Assembly: GCA_965649765.1 (NCBI GenBank)
Contig: OZ287752.1
Span: 65,348,001 to 65,412,000 of the forward strand
Direction: 5' to 3'
DNA length: 64,000 nucleotides
DNA from: Bispira polyomma
Taxonomy: Eukaryota
Shown: one piece after another, positions 63,040 through 64,000 of the stretch
Layout of the letters: every line of letters starts with the position of its first letter
How positions within the stretch are numbered: position 1 is the stretch's first letter
Position numbers and translations under genes: made by a program
The notes under the pieces: model-generated
Databases searched by the model: none
Told to the model about the DNA's origin: nothing
Seen by the model: the letters and a program-made list of their open reading frames with translations, nothing else

Positions 63040-64000
63040 AACTAGACCTAGCGCATCGGAGAACCGGTGCATATTTGTATCCACCAAAAAGACAAAGCAC
63101 CGGCGGTAGCAAGCACTCTAGCTAGCACCCAAGCTAGAAGCCTATGATTTCCTATAAGGCATTTTTGCTTAGGCTTTATGCTAAATAATAATTCTGTGAT
63201 AGGCACTTTTAAGTTTGGTGTACCCGTATGACCTTGCACAAGGGATCCAAGGTTAAATATGACCAAAAGATTAGCAGCCCATGATTTCCTGTAGGTTGGT
63301 TTGACATTCCCAATCTCTAGGACCAATAATAAGCGAGTTATAAGCACTTTTAAATTTGGCTACCCTTATTTGACCTTCAAGGAGGGGCCCAGGGTCAAAC
63401 CTGACCACATCAGAAGACTCCAAGCCCATGATTTCCTATAGGTTGGTTTTACATCCCAAAACTGTAGAACCAATAATAAGTGAGTTATAAGCACTTTTAA
63501 GTTTGGCTACCCTAATCTGATCTTGATGGAGGGGCCCAAGGTCAAATCTGACCACATCAGAAGATTTTCAGCCCATGATTACCTATAAGTTGGTTTCACA
63601 TTGCAAACCTGTAGGACCAATAATAAGCGAGCTATAAGCACTTTAAGTTTGGCTATCCTCGTTTGACCTTGAAGGAGGGGCCCAAGGTCAAACCTGACCA
63701 CGTCAGAAGATTCTCAGCCCACAATTTCCTATAGGTTGGCTTGACATGCCAAACCTCTAGGACCAATAATAAGGGAGATATAAGCACTTTTGAAGTTCGC
63801 TATATGGGGTACTTTGGCACTCCGTGGATGACCTTGAATGAAGAGCTTCAGGGTCATATGTCTGCATGCTTGTAGAAGACATATATATCTATTACACATA
63901 TCACCTATGAATAGATTCAACCTTCTAGTTACGAGAACCAGCCAGTAAAAAAAGGTAGATAATTTTCAAAGAAATGCCCATGGCAGCCATCTTGTTTTTC
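63040..64000. repeat. HINE-like element end (aactag + hairpin) followed by a ~147-bp satellite, ~4.5 copies
   Basis: gcc(c/t)a(t/c)(g/a)att(t/a)cct recurs at ~63140, 63276, 63424, 63571 and 63717; hairpin gcatcgg-agaa-ccggtgc at ~63053-63070. Confidence 0.8.

Overview
AT-rich, intron-rich eukaryotic DNA, most likely from a marine invertebrate (inference from its transposon repertoire). It is not prokaryotic and has no CRISPR array or rRNA. Host genes, all on the minus strand: (i) a METTL24-like methyltransferase gene (~12.5-15.3 kb, 5 exons, 5' end uncertain); (ii) an intronless ADAM10/17-family metalloprotease (24088-26238); (iii) the 3' part of an arylsulfatase B-like gene (36232-59904, continuing beyond the window). 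The sulfatase gene carries two intact paralogous copies of the catalytic WHLG exon (candidate mutually exclusive exons) and a truncated decoy copy of another exon. The left end looks like the right terminus of a Maverick/Polinton (ends ...CTACTACT at 4093, with subterminal repeats). It contains a four-exon, 261-aa gene that the ORF track does not show as one unit, with a PC4-like C-terminus. This element appears inserted into the gag ORF of a decayed DIRS/Ngaro-type tyrosine-recombinase retrotransposon. That retrotransposon has an internal inversion with a 194-bp duplication and splice signals that would fuse Gag to the recombinase in frame. The rest is transposon debris: L1/Tx1, L2, Penelope with a decayed hammerhead core, a Polinton packaging ATPase relic, tRNA-derived SINEs, MITEs, and Helentron/HINE-type elements carrying ~143-147-bp satellites. 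All family assignments come from motif recognition by eye; no searches were run.
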